Below, piece after piece: positions 63,812-64,000 of a DNA stretch of 64,000 bases. This stretch comes from a virus, in IMG/VR virus record IMGVR_UViG_3300013004_000026, positions 1 to 64,000 of that record. One strand, written 5' to 3'. How positions within the stretch are numbered: position 1 is the first letter of the stretch; each line of letters starts with the position of its first letter. The translations under genes were made by a program, and so were the position numbers. The notes beneath the pieces are model-generated. The model was not told where the DNA came from. It made no database searches and saw only the letters and a program-made list of their open reading frames with translations.

Positions 63812-64000
63812 TGGCATTCCTAAAGTATTGTTTGATAAGATCCGCAGATTGGTAAGGTTCGGCTGTTTCTGCAATTTCTGCACACTTGAGCACAATCAAC
63901 TCGGCAAACTTTTCCACATCAAAATGCAAATGACCATCAATCAATACTCCGTTGACATAATGGCTCCAACATTGCTTTTCAAATTCTTTGATTGTTTTGT
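63801..64000 (-). CDS. MNxR-family small protein, 5' end beyond window
   Basis: Manual translation ...KTIKEFEKQCW...EKFAELIVLKCAEIA...IKQYFRNANDI*. Confidence 0.6.
   Translation of the reverse strand, partial: KTIKEFEKQCWSHYVNGVLIDGHLHFDVEKFAELIVLKCAEIAETAEPYQSADLIKQYFRNANDI

Noticed and set aside
1-64000. Stop-codon reassignment (seen in some large phages)
   Set aside because: Conserved genes are full length under the standard code, and TAA, TAG and TGA all occur as genuine stops
1-64000. tRNA/tmRNA/rRNA genes
   Set aside because: No cloverleaf with T-loop GTTCRA and matching acceptor stem was seen in any intergenic gap by eye; a tRNAscan/ARAGORN run would be definitive

Overview
A 64-kb segment of a large (jumbo-type) myovirus-like dsDNA phage genome. 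It uses the standard genetic code, is densely coded and lies almost entirely on the minus strand; only phoH and one small ORF are on +. The host-like genes (dnaK, erpA, fdxA, infA) look proteobacterial, most like Betaproteobacteria (inference from memory, not a search). Contents: a fatty-acid desaturase (partial, missed by the ORF track), Dps, a Gly-rich adhesin-like protein and a cluster of probable head-internal proteins. It also has ClpA, DnaJ, DnaK and GroES, an extended lysis module (GH19 endolysin, spanins, 3TM-holin-like), PhoH, nucleotide housekeeping enzymes, a clamp loader and a truncated DnaE piece. About 21 kb encodes baseplate/tail-fibre proteins, followed by an ErpA-ferredoxin-SOD-IF1 cluster and a long run of small early genes. 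That run includes a tandem array of about 10 small paralogues ending in an F-x-L-K/R-W motif, with peptide deformylase embedded in it. Two promoter classes are readable: sigma70-type TTGACN-17-TAnAnT and a T4-like late TAAATA box; several of each give leaderless mRNAs. The top candidate for an undescribed system is a ~250-350 nt structured non-coding RNA (57883-58236, minus strand). It has a long terminal stem and a periodically repeated UGUCCUUUG-like motif, and sits directly behind a coiled-coil gene resembling the DIP1984 family (58237-58812), suggesting a protein-ncRNA pair. No tRNA, rRNA, CRISPR array or mobile element was recognised.
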